Notes under the pieces: model-generated
The model's database searches: none
The model's input: only the letters and a program-made list of their open reading frames with translations
What the model was told of the DNA's origin: nothing
Translations under genes and position numbers: made by a program
Shown: one piece after another, positions 28,626 through 40,034 of the stretch
Numbering within the stretch: position 1 is the stretch's first letter
How the letters are laid out: every line of letters starts with the position of its first letter
Source: an uncultured delta proteobacterium
GTDB taxonomy: Bacteria > Desulfobacterota > Binatia > UBA9968
Assembly (NCBI GenBank): GCA_963745035.1
Contig: CAVUVW010000014.1
Coordinates: forward strand, 128,001-192,000
DNA: 64,000 bases
Direction: 5' to 3'

Positions 28626-31600
28626 TCACTTCTTAATCGTGAACCAGACTGAATGCTTGCTGCCGTCCTGCAGAGTGGTAATCAGCAACCAGGTACCGGC
28701 TGTAAAGCCACCTTTAGTACTAAGGTTGAAGTGCCAATCCGAGCTGGTTAAGCGGAATTGGTTCCCCTCGGTAGCCGCGTCAGTCGGGGTGGCATCGATC
28801 GGCGGATCCGCATCGATGGCATTGCTGTACTTGCTGGCTTGCAGCGTGTGGATGCCGGTAACCAAGGGAGCCCCGTCGTTCAGCCAGGTTGCACTGAATT
28901 TCACCGGAATGGTGCTGCCGAGCTTGAACGTTCTGACAGGATTATGAAAGCTGCCCCCATTACCGTTTTCCACTGCTCCGCCAATCGGGGAATGAAAGCC
29001 ATTGAACGCGAAGGCCGTGGTAATTGTAATGCTCTTGCTGTCACTGCTGCCATGGTGATTGGCATCACCGGCGAAGGTCGCGGTAGCGGAACAGCCGTTC
29101 GCTAAGGTGACAATTATGCAGTTACCGCTGTAAACAACCGGCAGTGCCTGATTGAGACCGCCAACGCCGGTAACGATAGCGGTTGCCGTAAACGCAGTAC
29201 CACGATACACGTACGGCCCAGACTCGAAAGTCACTACGGTCGTCGAGTTCGCCTTTTCGATGGTAAAAGTCTTCGAGGCGCTGCTGCCGTTGTGGTTGGC
29301 ATCACCGGGAAAGTTTGCGCTGGCGGTGGCGGTCCCAGCGTTGATGTTATTACTGTAAGTCACCCCTAGTGACTCATTGAGCCCTCCGACTCCTGTTACC
29401 GTCGCCGAACACGGGGTCTGTGCCACGCCATTATAAATCACGCTGGCTGGGCAGGTCACCGTGGTCACCGAAGGAGCCTTTTCGATGATGAACGTCTTGG
29501 AATCAGTGCTGCCGTTATGGTTGGCATCGCCGGCGAAGCTCGCGCTCGCTGTTGCGGTCCCGGCGTTCACGTTGTTGGTGTAAGTCACCGCTGAGAGCCT
29601 GATTGAGCCCACCCGACTCCGGTCACTGTCGCCGTACAGGGGGTCTGCACCGCGCCGTTGTAGGTCACGCTCGCCGGACAGGTTACCGTGGTCACCGAGG
29701 GAGCTTTTTCAATCGTGAAGCTCTTCGAGTCAGAGCTGCCCAGATAGTTGGCGGACTCGGCGTACGATGCGCTAGCGGTTGCCGAGCCGGCATTCACATT
29801 GTTTGTGTAAGCCACCGTGAGCGACTCACTGAGTCCGGGACCGGTGACTGATGCAGTGCACGGTGTATGCGGGTTGCCGTTATAAACGAACGGGCCCGCA
29901 CCACATGTTACTGTCGTCACTGTCGTGGCCTTTTCGATTATGAAGGTCTTCGAGTCGGTGCTGCCGTTGTGGTTGGCATCGCCGGGAAAGGTCGCGGTCG
30001 CCGTCGCCGTCCCCGCATTCACGTTGCTGGTGTAGCTCACCGTGAGAGCCTGATTGAGCCCTCCGACTCCAGTCACCGTCGCCGTACAGGGGGTCTGCAC
30101 CGTGCCGTTGTAGATCACACTCGCCGGGCAGGTCACCGTCGTCGTTGAGGCGGCCTTTTCAATCGTGAAGCTCTTCGAGTCAGAGCTGCCCAGATAGTTG
30201 GCGGACTCGGCGTACGATGCGCTAGCGGTTGCCGAGCCGGCATTCAAATTGTTTGTGTAAGCCACCGTGAGCGACTCACTGAGTCCGGGACCGGCGACTG
30301 ATGCAGTGCACGGTGTATGCGGGTTGCCGTTATAAACGAACGGGCCCGGACCACACGTTACGGTAGTCACCGTCGCGGCTTTGACGAGCGTGAGACTTGC
30401 CGAGCCGCTGCTGGAAGCGAAACTGGAATCACCTGCAAAACTCGCCGCAACACCGTTCGGATACGTGCCCGCATTGATACCCGATAGACTGACGTTGCTT
30501 AAGGTCGCAACACCGCTACCGTTAGTGACGGCGCTGCCGACACTGCTGCCGTTCAATGTGAAGCTAATCGTCTTGCCGCTGATGGTTGAGCTATCAGAAG
30601 TTTTCTTCAGTGTGCCCGATAATGTCGTCGTTCCGCCGTACGTGCCCGTCGCAGGCTGAACCGTCAGCGTCGTCGGCGCAATGGCCGGGGCCTGAACAAC
30701 CAAACTGCCGGTAGCGGTTAGATTGCCCGAACCTTGGCACCCACCACCGCGAGTGCCTGTAACCGTAAATGAATGATTACCTGCAGGAGTGGAGTTCGTT
30801 GTACTGATACTCAGGGCGCGGCTAACATTTACGGAACCGGAAGGTGTTGAAGCAGTAGGTTGGTTGTTCGGACTAAACGCATGTGACGCTCCCGCAGGTA
30901 ATCCGGTGACGGAAAGCGTTACTGTGCAGGGATCTGTATTTCCTCCAAAACCGACAGTAACTGTGTAATTCGCCGCATCACCGGCGGTAACCGGATTAGG
31001 AGATTGTGCGCCAACAGTGAGGCTATTGGGATTCCGATCGGTAAACGACGTTTGCGCGCTGCGCCCCGAAGTCTGACCGATTGCGGTCAGAGTGAATGTT
31101 CTACCATCGTCAATCAACTGCGGCGCAAAATCTTGAGCCACAAAGTTTCCCTGCTGATTTGTCAACGCAGAAAAAGTGATGTCCGGATATTCTTCGGGAA
31201 ACTCGTGCAAGCTAAGCTGCACTTGCTCGTTTGGTTGAAAGCCGCTGCCGGTGATTGTCACGATCTCGGCCGGAGGATAATCGGTTTTATCAGTGCTGAT
31301 GCTCGCAGAAGAGCTCCTCACGAGATTCGCGGACTTCAATATCTGTCCCGTACTATTTATCCCGCCCGCCACAAGAGCTTGGTTGCGTGCAGGCAGTTCT
31401 GTAATTGATTGATCGGCGCGATCGAGCAGCGCCGATTGTTCCGGCGTCAGCACTCCTTGAAGCATCGGATCTTGCAAGATCAGCGGGGAAAAGAGCGCCG
31501 CGCGGCTGTGCGTGCCAAGGGTTGCGCCGAGCAGGTTGGCATTCGGCGGCAATAGGGCCTTGGCGTTGAAGATGCCCGTCAGCGGGTCGAAAACCTCTAT

Positions 31601-32404
31601 CGATAGCTCGGCGTCGCCACCGATGATCTGCACTTTGCCATCAGACAAAAGCTTTAAGGTCGCCAGCGCCCGCGGGTTTTGCATATCAGTGGGCGGGGTA
31701 TAGAAAGATTGAGAAGACGCATCGTAAACTTCCGCGGTGTTGAGTACCGCGTTCTGCGGGTTGACGCCACCGACGATCAGCACCTGGCCGGAGCTGGTTA
31801 GAATAGCACTGTGAAATTTGCGCGCCGCTGTCATGCTTGCAGCGATGAGCGAGATCCTCTGCGTGGACGGATGGTAGATCTCAGCAGTACCGAAGCTGTC
31901 TCCGCCGGCAATGAGAATGCTACCGTCGACCAAAATCGTCGCTGTGTGACCGGCGCGCGGTGACGTGAGAGACGGACCATTGGAGAGCGCACCGGTAGAA
32001 GGATCATAAATTTCGGTGGAACTAAGAGGGCCGTTTTGGTCCCGGCCGCCCATCACGAGCACGCGCCCATCAGAGAGCGGGGTGGCGCTATGATCGGTTC
32101 GCGCGGCTGTCAGAATTGGCCCGAGAGTGGAAGATTGCCCCGTCGGATCGAAAATTTCGGATTGGCCAACGACACCGTTCTGATTGTCGCCACCGATTAT
32201 TAGGACTCGGCCGTCCGGCAGTAGCGTTGCCGTATGGCCTCGGCGCTCAACGTTGAGTTGACTTGTACCTAAAATTTGAGCGTCAGCAATGATCGCGGTG
32301 AGGAAATTCATTAAGCACAGGATCGCCAATATCGCGCAAAGCTGGCCAAAAAATCCCGGGCACTTTCGCGTACGCGCAATCACCAACAATGTCTCTCGCT
32401 TCAT
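28626..32404 (-). CDS. large secreted kelch-repeat plus Ig-like repeat protein with C-terminal PxKF domain (adhesin-like; frameshift near 29610)
   Basis: Signal peptide; RxGHTATLLxDGRVLIxGG kelch repeats; six ~75-aa TTVTC...NAGTATA repeats; C-term GFHSPI...GSTIPVKF. Confidence 0.85.
29256..30381 (-). repeat. tandem ~225-bp coding repeats (450-bp A/B duplication)
   Basis: 29706-29905 nearly identical to 30156-30355 (offset exactly 450). Confidence 0.85.
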
Positions 32405-32415
32405 TTCGTCTCTCC

Positions 32416-32452
32416 AAAAAAAACCGGCACAGAAATGTTCTGTTGCCGGTTT
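32416..32452 (-). terminator. riboswitch-associated intrinsic terminator in the adhesin 5' UTR
   Basis: Minus strand AAACCGGCA-ACAGAACATTTCTG-TGCCGGTTTTTTTT just before the GGAG RBS. Confidence 0.8.
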
Positions 32453-32512
32453 CACCATTTGCTCCCTGATCCCCGTGGTGACCAAATTGGGTGATCAGTT
32501 CGTCGCATCAAC
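32442..32512 (-). promoter_or_regulatory. c-di-GMP-II riboswitch
   Basis: Minus strand GTTG-ATGC-GACGAA-CTGATC-ACCCAATT-TGGTCACC-ACGGG-GATCAG-GGAGC-AAA-TGGTGA-AACCGG-CAAC; P1 GTTG/CAAC, stem CTGATC/GATCAG, pseudoknot TCACC/GGTGA. Confidence 0.78.
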
Positions 32513-32547
32513 TCGTCGCGGCCGACAAAGACCGCTTGCGCGGATGG

Positions 32548-32564
32548 AGCATGGCCAATGCCAG
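32548..32564 (-). promoter_or_regulatory. putative sigma54 promoter for the riboswitch/adhesin transcript
   Basis: Minus strand CTGGCATTGGCCATGCT (GG-N10-GC) ~35 nt upstream of the aptamer. Confidence 0.6.
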
Positions 32565-32718
32565 AGAGCGGAATTCCGCGCGGTGGAGTTTTTGTTAGTT
32601 CCTGGGTTGCTGTGGAAAAGGTTCCAACGGATGCTGCAAGACAGTGCGCCAACGCCGCTTGTCAGATTTGTCGGCGCTGTCGCGTAAGCATTTCTTACAA
32701 CAGAGCTGCTGTCGGTGA

Positions 32719-33903
<1,185 letters not shown>

Positions 33904-34113
33904 TCGGTTCTCGCCGCGAACCGTTTTTTTGTGCCGTTGCCGCAAGCCGTTCCATAGAGCGCAAAGCGGCGCAGATTTTGCGAAAATTTAATCCCTTTCA
34001 AGCGGGAAAACGGCTTGCAGTTTCGGAATTTTCTTTCTATAAGAGAGCCCTGGTAGGTTTTTCCAGCCTGCATCGAAAACTCCGCGATAGAGAAACTGGA
34101 GGGCGAAACGGGG

Positions 34114-34581
34114 ATGAACAAGAAGATCAAATTCCGCGTCAACGGCAAACGGGTCGAGACCGAAGTCCCGACCAACCGGCTGCTCATCGATTACCTGCGC
34201 TACGATCTCGGCTTGACCGGCACCAAGGAAGGCTGCAGCGTCGGCGTGTGCGGCGCCTGCACCGTTTTGATGGACGGCGACATGATCACCGCGTGTCTCA
34301 CTTTGGCCGTGATGGCCGACGGCCACGATCTCACCACGGTCGAGGGCTTGGCCAAGAACGGCGAGCTCAATCCGGTGCAAAAAAGCTTTATTCAGTACGG
34401 CGGCTTTCAATGCGGCATTTGCACTCCCGGCCAAGTAGTCGCCGCCACCGCGCTGCTGGCGGAAAAGCCCAAGCCCAACGAAGACGAGATCAAAGACTGG
34501 ATGATGGGCAATCTTTGCCGCTGCACGGGGTATTACAAGATCATCGAATCGATCCAGAAAGCGCACCAGTTCGCCAAATAA
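34114..34581 (+). CDS. 2Fe-2S subunit (CoxS-like)
   Basis: [27 protein letters not shown]. Confidence 0.93.
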   Translation: MNKKIKFRVNGKRVETEVPTNRLLIDYLRYDLGLTGTKEGCSVGVCGACTVLMDGDMITACLTLAVMADGHDLTTVEGLAKNGELNPVQKSFIQYGGFQCGICTPGQVVAATALLAEKPKPNEDEIKDWMMGNLCRCTGYYKIIESIQKAHQFAK

Positions 34582-34591
34582 GGACACGTCC

Positions 34592-35530
34592 ATGATACCC
34601 TTCGAATACCGCACGCCGAAAAACCTCAAGGAAGTGAATGCCACGCTGAAGGAGTTCGGCGGCGACGCCAAGCTCATCGCCGGCGGCACCGCGCTGGTGA
34701 TCATGATGAAACAGCGGCTGGTTCGCCCCAGTTGCCTGGTCAGCTTGCGTTCGGTGCGCGGCCTGAACGGCATCGAGCTCAAAAACGGCGGCATCGCGAT
34801 CGGCGGCCTGGCCACCCATCGCGAAGTCGAAGGCTCCCCGCTGATCCGTCGCCGCCTCCCCATGCTCGCGGAGACCTATCATCATGTCGCTACCCTGCGC
34901 GTGCGCAATATGGCCACCGTGGGCGGCGGTCTCGCTCATGCCGATCCGAACCAAGATCCGCCGCCGAGCCTGATCGCTCTAGGCGCCACGGTCAAGGCGA
35001 CCTCAGCCAACGGCAGCCGGACCATTCCGCTCGATGAATTTTTCAAAGACTACTACGAAACCGTGCTCAACGAGGACGAGATCATCACCGAGGTGATGGT
35101 GCCCAAGCCGGCGCCGAACACCGGCGCGGCGTATATCAAGTTTCTGCCGCGCACCGCCGACGATTACGCCACCGTGTCCGCCGCCGCCGTGTTGACCCTC
35201 GACAAGACCAAAAAAACCATCGCCGACGTGCGCATCGCCCTCGGCAGCGTCGGCGTGACGCCGATTCGCGCCACCGCCGCCGAAGCTTTGCTGCGCGGCC
35301 AGCCGCTCAAGAGCGAGGCTTTCGCCGAAGCCGGCGAGAAAGCCAAGGAAGCAGTCGATCCGGTGAGCGACTTCCGCGGCTCGGCCGGATACAAGAAAGA
35401 CATGGCCGCCGTGTTCGTGCGGCGCGCGCTGGAAAAAGCCCTGGCCGATATTCGCCAGCAGGCCAAAGTCAAGCCGGCGCCGAAACCGGTGAAAAAGAAA
35501 GCCGTCAAAAAGAAAGGTCGACGCCGTTGA
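34592..35530 (+). CDS. FAD-binding subunit (CoxM-like) with basic C-terminal tail
   Basis: IAGGTAL, VRNMATVGGGLAHADP, SDFRGSAGYK. Confidence 0.92.
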   Translation: MIPFEYRTPKNLKEVNATLKEFGGDAKLIAGGTALVIMMKQRLVRPSCLVSLRSVRGLNGIELKNGGIAIGGLATHREVEGSPLIRRRLPMLAETYHHVATLRVRNMATVGGGLAHADPNQDPPPSLIALGATVKATSANGSRTIPLDEFFKDYYETVLNEDEIITEVMVPKPAPNTGAAYIKFLPRTADDYATVSAAAVLTLDKTKKTIADVRIALGSVGVTPIRATAAEALLRGQPLKSEAFAEAGEKAKEAVDPVSDFRGSAGYKKDMAAVFVRRALEKALADIRQQAKVKPAPKPVKKKAVKKKGRRR

Positions 35531-35979
35531 AATTTTCTCAGACCGCGCAGATTCCCGTGGCGCGCGAGCCGCTTTGGGATTTTTTAATGGACGTTCCCAA
35601 GGTGGCCAAGTCGCTGCCCGGAGTCGAATCGGTAAAAAAGCTCGACGATACGACCTACGAAGGCGCGCTGACGGTCCGCGTCGGACCGATCAAGCTCAAT
35701 CTGCAAGGCAAGATTATTCTCGAAGAGCAAAACAAGAACGACTGGCGCGCCGCGCTCCGCGCCGAAGCGAAAGACCGCATGGCGGCCGGCGCCGTCAGCG
35801 GCAAGACCAGCATGACCCTCAAGGAGCTCGGCGCCAATCAGACCGAGCTGATGGTCGAAACCGACGTCAATATTCTCGGGAAAATCGGCGAGTTCGGGCA
35901 ACCGATCATCCGCAAAAAAGCCGATGCCATGCTGAAAGAATTCGTCGAGAACATCAAGAAGCAGCTAGCTGGAAAGTGA
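35527..35979 (+). CDS. CoxG/SRPBCC family protein
   Basis: WDFLMD...LPGVE, VRVGPIK, GKIGEFGQ. Confidence 0.85.
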   Translation: MKFSQTAQIPVAREPLWDFLMDVPKVAKSLPGVESVKKLDDTTYEGALTVRVGPIKLNLQGKIILEEQNKNDWRAALRAEAKDRMAAGAVSGKTSMTLKELGANQTELMVETDVNILGKIGEFGQPIIRKKADAMLKEFVENIKKQLAGK

Positions 35980-36807
35980 TCTTGGCGGCCGCTCGCCGCC
36001 GCTCTCACCGTCGACGTCGGACAATTCGCCGACCGTAAATCGGCCGAGGACGCTGTTGTAGCAGTCCTCGGCCAATTTTTTTCGCCCGGAGGAATTGTCC
36101 GGGTAGCGGAAACACTCGATCTTCGGCTGGATTGTCACCAACACTTCGAGATTGCGCAGCGCCAGAAGACGCCAAAAGTGCGACACGAAATCCATGTCGC
36201 CATACCAGTAAATCAGGTCGCGATTGGCCGCGGTCACCGGCTGCTCGTCGATGGTTTTGTAGGCGACCGTCACCGGCACGATGATCGAGCGGCTGCGCAG
36301 CGGCGCGGCCAGAGGCACGGTTTGGAACGGCAGCATTCGTTCGCCGTTGGTCGACGTGCCTTCCGGGAACAGGAGGATGTTTGACTCCTGCTTTAATTTG
36401 CACGTTAGCTCTTCGATCAACGCGCCCGCCAGTTGCTTGCGCTGCCGATTGACGAACACGGTGCCGCAGAGCACGTTCCATTGGCCGACAATCGGCCATT
36501 TCTTTACTTCGCGTTTGGAGACGAACAAGATCGGAAAGATGCTGCCGAGGACGATGCCGTCGACGTAGCTGACGTGGTTGGCGATGATCACGTAGCCGCC
36601 GCGCTCCAGGCTCCCCTCATCGCCGGAAACGCTCACCTTGATGTTGAGAATCAGGCGGACCAGCAGAGTAAAGTTTCGATTCAGCCGGCTGATGACCTGC
36701 CAGCGATGGGGCAGCCCGAAGATGGAAATCCACAGATGAGCCGTCGCCACCAGGGCGAAGTAAAACCCCCACAATGAAACGAACGCGGCGAGTTTAAGCA
36801 GGCGCAT
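35965..36807 (-). CDS. lysophospholipid acyltransferase (OlsA-like)
   Basis: ANHVSYVD, FPEGTSTNG, WYGDMDF; directly downstream of the OlsB-like gene. Confidence 0.88.
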   Translation of the reverse strand: MRLLKLAAFVSLWGFYFALVATAHLWISIFGLPHRWQVISRLNRNFTLLVRLILNIKVSVSGDEGSLERGGYVIIANHVSYVDGIVLGSIFPILFVSKREVKKWPIVGQWNVLCGTVFVNRQRKQLAGALIEELTCKLKQESNILLFPEGTSTNGERMLPFQTVPLAAPLRSRSIIVPVTVAYKTIDEQPVTAANRDLIYWYGDMDFVSHFWRLLALRNLEVLVTIQPKIECFRYPDNSSGRKKLAEDCYNSVLGRFTVGELSDVDGESGGERPPRSLSS

Positions 36808-37579
36808 CGCCCATCTTCAGATCAGCCAGGCCCAGGCGCTTCAAATACTCTTCCTTGAGCGTGGCGAAATCCAGCAGCAAGAAAAAATCCGCCGTGCCGA
36901 ATTCGTCATCGAGCGCGGGCGGGCCGCACACCAGCGCGCCGATGCGCAGGTAGGCCTTGATCAAGCCTGGCAATTTTTGAAACAGCGCAGTCTCGTCGGC
37001 GACGGGGAGATCATCCCTTACATCGGGAAATACGCACCTGCTTATCGGCTGCACCTGATACTTTTCGCCGGCGTGGTATTTGCTTTTCAGCAGAGAATAC
37101 ACGGCGCTCACTTCGCCCACGTCGGTGCTGTACAAGCTGCCGCAGCCGAAGAGGTGGCGCACTTTATGGGTGCGCACGTGCTCGGCGATCGCCTCCCACA
37201 TGAGCGGGATTAGCGCCCGGTCGCGGAAATCCCTGCGCGCGCAGGACCGGCCCAGCTCCAGCAGCTCGCCGTCGAGCACTTTGATGCGTGACAGATCGAA
37301 TTCCTTTTCCGAGTAAAAGCCGATGTTGCGGCGCGCCTCGGCGCCGCGCAATAGCCGATAGGTTCCCACCACCGCGCCGCTGCCCAAGTCCCGGACGATC
37401 AGATGATCGCAGTACGGATCGAATTCATCCGCATCCAAACCGCGGTCGTAAGATGATTGGAGCCCTTTATTGAGCTCCAGATTGAAGACTTCAAACCTGA
37501 GGCGTTGCGCTTGTTCGATCTCGCTCTGATGGGCTGCGAACTTGACTTCGAAATCGGCCATTTTTCCGGAAAATACCAT
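36794..37579 (-). CDS. olsB: GNAT N-acyltransferase, ornithine lipid synthase OlsB-like
   Basis: AQRLRFEVF, DEFDPYCDHL, VGTYRLL, FYSEKEF, LELGRSC, LIKAYLRIGA, PALDDEF. Confidence 0.8.
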   Translation of the reverse strand: MVFSGKMADFEVKFAAHQSEIEQAQRLRFEVFNLELNKGLQSSYDRGLDADEFDPYCDHLIVRDLGSGAVVGTYRLLRGAEARRNIGFYSEKEFDLSRIKVLDGELLELGRSCARRDFRDRALIPLMWEAIAEHVRTHKVRHLFGCGSLYSTDVGEVSAVYSLLKSKYHAGEKYQVQPISRCVFPDVRDDLPVADETALFQKLPGLIKAYLRIGALVCGPPALDDEFGTADFFLLLDFATLKEEYLKRLGLADLKMGDAPA

Positions 37580-37618
37580 AGGGCCGGCATTTTGAAAACT
37601 GACTTTCCATGCTCTCCT

Positions 37619-38380
37619 TCAACCATGGCGCCATACAGGCGAACGTTTTTCCAGAAATGCCGCGACTCCTTCGGCCACGTCGGCGGTCTTCAATAACTGG
37701 CTGCAATAGATCTCTTCGGAGCGCCGGAGCGCCTGCTCGAAGCCATCAAGCGCCAGCTCGCGCAGCCCTTTGACGGTCAAGCGCAGCACTGCGCCGCTCT
37801 TGCCGAGCAACTCGTCGCGCAGCGCCGCGGCGCCGCTCTCCCATTCATCTGCGGGAAACACGCGATTGACCAACCCGAACGCCTGCGCGTCGCGGGCCGA
37901 AAACCGCCGGCCCGTGAGCACCATCTCGGCGGCGCGATGATAACCGATCAAACCGGCAAAGCGCGCCAGAGCGACCGGCGGATAGCAGCCGACAAAAATC
38001 TCCGGCGTGGCAAAGGAGCTCTCCTCCGAGGCCACCACCAAATCGCAAGCGCTCGCGATTTCCAGACCGCCGCCCAAACACAAGCCTTTTACCGCGGCGA
38101 TCGATACCTGGGGCAAGGCGGCGAGTTTGCGGATGACGCCGTGCACGACGTCGAGCATCTCCGGAACCTTTTCCGGGGTATGATCGCGGATATCGACGCC
38201 GGCGGAGAAAGCGCGGTCGCCGGCGCCGCGCAGCAGCGCGACATCGACGTCGGTTTGCGCCGCACAGGACGAGAGCGCGTCATTCAATTCGCGCAGCAGC
38301 GCGATATCCAAGACGTTCAAGGGCGGCCGATTCCAGGCAATCGACATGAAGCGCCCGGATTTTTCGCATATTACCGCCAT
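37619..38380 (-). CDS. enoyl-CoA hydratase/isomerase family (dienoyl-CoA hydratase-like)
   Basis: RPPLNVLD, FSAGVDI, CLGGGLE, PEIFVGCYPP, EGVAAFLEKR. Confidence 0.88.
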   Translation of the reverse strand: MAVICEKSGRFMSIAWNRPPLNVLDIALLRELNDALSSCAAQTDVDVALLRGAGDRAFSAGVDIRDHTPEKVPEMLDVVHGVIRKLAALPQVSIAAVKGLCLGGGLEIASACDLVVASEESSFATPEIFVGCYPPVALARFAGLIGYHRAAEMVLTGRRFSARDAQAFGLVNRVFPADEWESGAAALRDELLGKSGAVLRLTVKGLRELALDGFEQALRRSEEIYCSQLLKTADVAEGVAAFLEKRSPVWRHG

Positions 38381-38568
38381 CGCTTTTCACCTCCGTCCGC
38401 CATGGAGAATATTTTCGGGGACACAACCCCATTCAATGCCCCAAGAACGAGCTTTTTTCATAGATCATGGGCGTCCTGCTTACAAGCAGGCCCGCGCCGG
38501 GAAAATTTGACAAAACCAGCGGTTGCCCCTACACTTACGCAACCATGAACTCGCTCAGGAGGGCTCTC

Positions 38569-39330
38569 ATGCGAATCGCCCGATCTTCGCTTCTCGCGCT
38601 CATGTTGGTGGCGGCTCTCGGCTCGGCGGCGCTGGCCGCGCCCGATGAATACGACGACAGCCAATCGCATCCGCTGCGCGTCGCCGCCTATTTGTTGCAT
38701 CCGATCGGCTGGTTGACGGAGTGGATCGTGTTTCGGCCGTTTCACTTCCTGGTCAGCGCCACCGAGCCGCAGGAAGCCTTTTTCGGCCACCGGCCGCACC
38801 CGCCGGTTTTGGCCGAGCCGCAGCCTTTGCATGACTACGGCATGCCGCAAAGAGTTGTGCCTGAACAACAGAGCAAAGCCGAGCCCAGGATGGCGGCGCC
38901 CGCGCCCGCTCCGGAGACCGTCAAGGTCGTCGAAGTGCCGGTGGAAAAGGTCGTTGTCAAAGAAGTTCTCAAGCTCGTCGAAATTGAAAAGGTCGTTTTC
39001 CCCGCCGTGGCGTTCCGCTTCGATTCCGCGGAGCTCACCGACTTGGGCAAGGGTCAGGTTTATCTGGCGGCGCAGCGTCTGAAGGAAAAAAATGATCTTA
39101 CCGTGGTCATCGAAGGCCATGCCGACAAGGTCGGCAACGAAGACTACAATCGCAAGCTCGGCCAGCGCCGCGCCCAGGTCGTGATGAACGAGCTTTCTTC
39201 CCAGGGCATCGATCCGAGCCGCATGTCAGCGGCGAGCGTGGGCGAGAACACGCCGCTCATCGATCAAGACAGCCAGTGGGCGCGGGCGGTCAACCGGCGG
39301 GTCGAGTTTCAGGTTCGCGGCGCGCGCTAA
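38569..39330 (+). CDS. OmpA family protein with N-terminal uncharacterised domain
   Basis: AGGAGG RBS; FRFDSAEL, IEGHAD, YNRKLGQRRA, NRRVEF. Confidence 0.88.
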   Translation: MRIARSSLLALMLVAALGSAALAAPDEYDDSQSHPLRVAAYLLHPIGWLTEWIVFRPFHFLVSATEPQEAFFGHRPHPPVLAEPQPLHDYGMPQRVVPEQQSKAEPRMAAPAPAPETVKVVEVPVEKVVVKEVLKLVEIEKVVFPAVAFRFDSAELTDLGKGQVYLAAQRLKEKNDLTVVIEGHADKVGNEDYNRKLGQRRAQVVMNELSSQGIDPSRMSAASVGENTPLIDQDSQWARAVNRRVEFQVRGAR

Positions 39331-39352
39331 GCGCGGCGGCAGCTTCGTCGAA

Positions 39353-39384
39353 GGCCCAGCCATAACCAGGCTGGGCTTTTTTTT
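39353..39384 (+). terminator. intrinsic terminator
   Basis: GCCCAGCC-ATAACCA-GGCTGGGC-TTTTTTTT. Confidence 0.8.
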
Positions 39385-39412
39385 CGCCGCGGGTTTCCGA
39401 GCGATGTGATTC

Positions 39413-40021
39413 ATGAGCTACAATCCGCACGATCGCTATTTCCAAAAAGCCAAGCAGGAGGGCTATCGCTCCCGTGCCGCGTATAAACTGCTCGAATTGC
39501 AGCAGCGCTACCGCCTTTTGCGATCGGGCGACAGAGTCGTCGATCTCGGCGCGGCGCCGGGCGGCTGGCTGCAAGTGGCGGCGCAGATCATCGCTCCGCA
39601 AGGCAGGGTCGTCGGCGTCGACTTGCAGGAAATTCGACCTTTCCGCGAGCACAACATCGCTTTAGTTCATGGCAACGCCAACAGCGGCGCGGTTCAGGAG
39701 AAAATAAGGGATCTTCTCGGCGGCCCGGCGGACGCCGTCATTTCCGACATGGCACCCAAGCTCAGCGGCATTCGCGATGCCGACATGGCGCGCGCCGCCG
39801 AGCTTCAGCGGCTCGCTTTGCAAGTGGCGGCGCGGCTGCTCCGTCCGGGCGGCCTGCTGGTGATCAAAAGTTTCATGAGCGATGAGCTGCACGAGCTCAC
39901 CGCCGAGCTCAAAAGCTTTTTCGCCGATGTGCAGCGCACCAAACCGGAAGCGACGCGCCAAGGATCGTCGGAATTTTATTTTCTCGCCAAGAACTTTGGC
40001 GCCGACCGCGCCAACGCGTGA
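39413..40021 (+). CDS. rlmE: 23S rRNA (uridine2552-2'-O)-methyltransferase
   Basis: GYRSRAAYKL, DLGAAPGGW, SDMAP, KPEATR..SSE. Confidence 0.93.
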   Translation: MSYNPHDRYFQKAKQEGYRSRAAYKLLELQQRYRLLRSGDRVVDLGAAPGGWLQVAAQIIAPQGRVVGVDLQEIRPFREHNIALVHGNANSGAVQEKIRDLLGGPADAVISDMAPKLSGIRDADMARAAELQRLALQVAARLLRPGGLLVIKSFMSDELHELTAELKSFFADVQRTKPEATRQGSSEFYFLAKNFGADRANA

Positions 40022-40034
40022 GCGGCTAGAGTCG

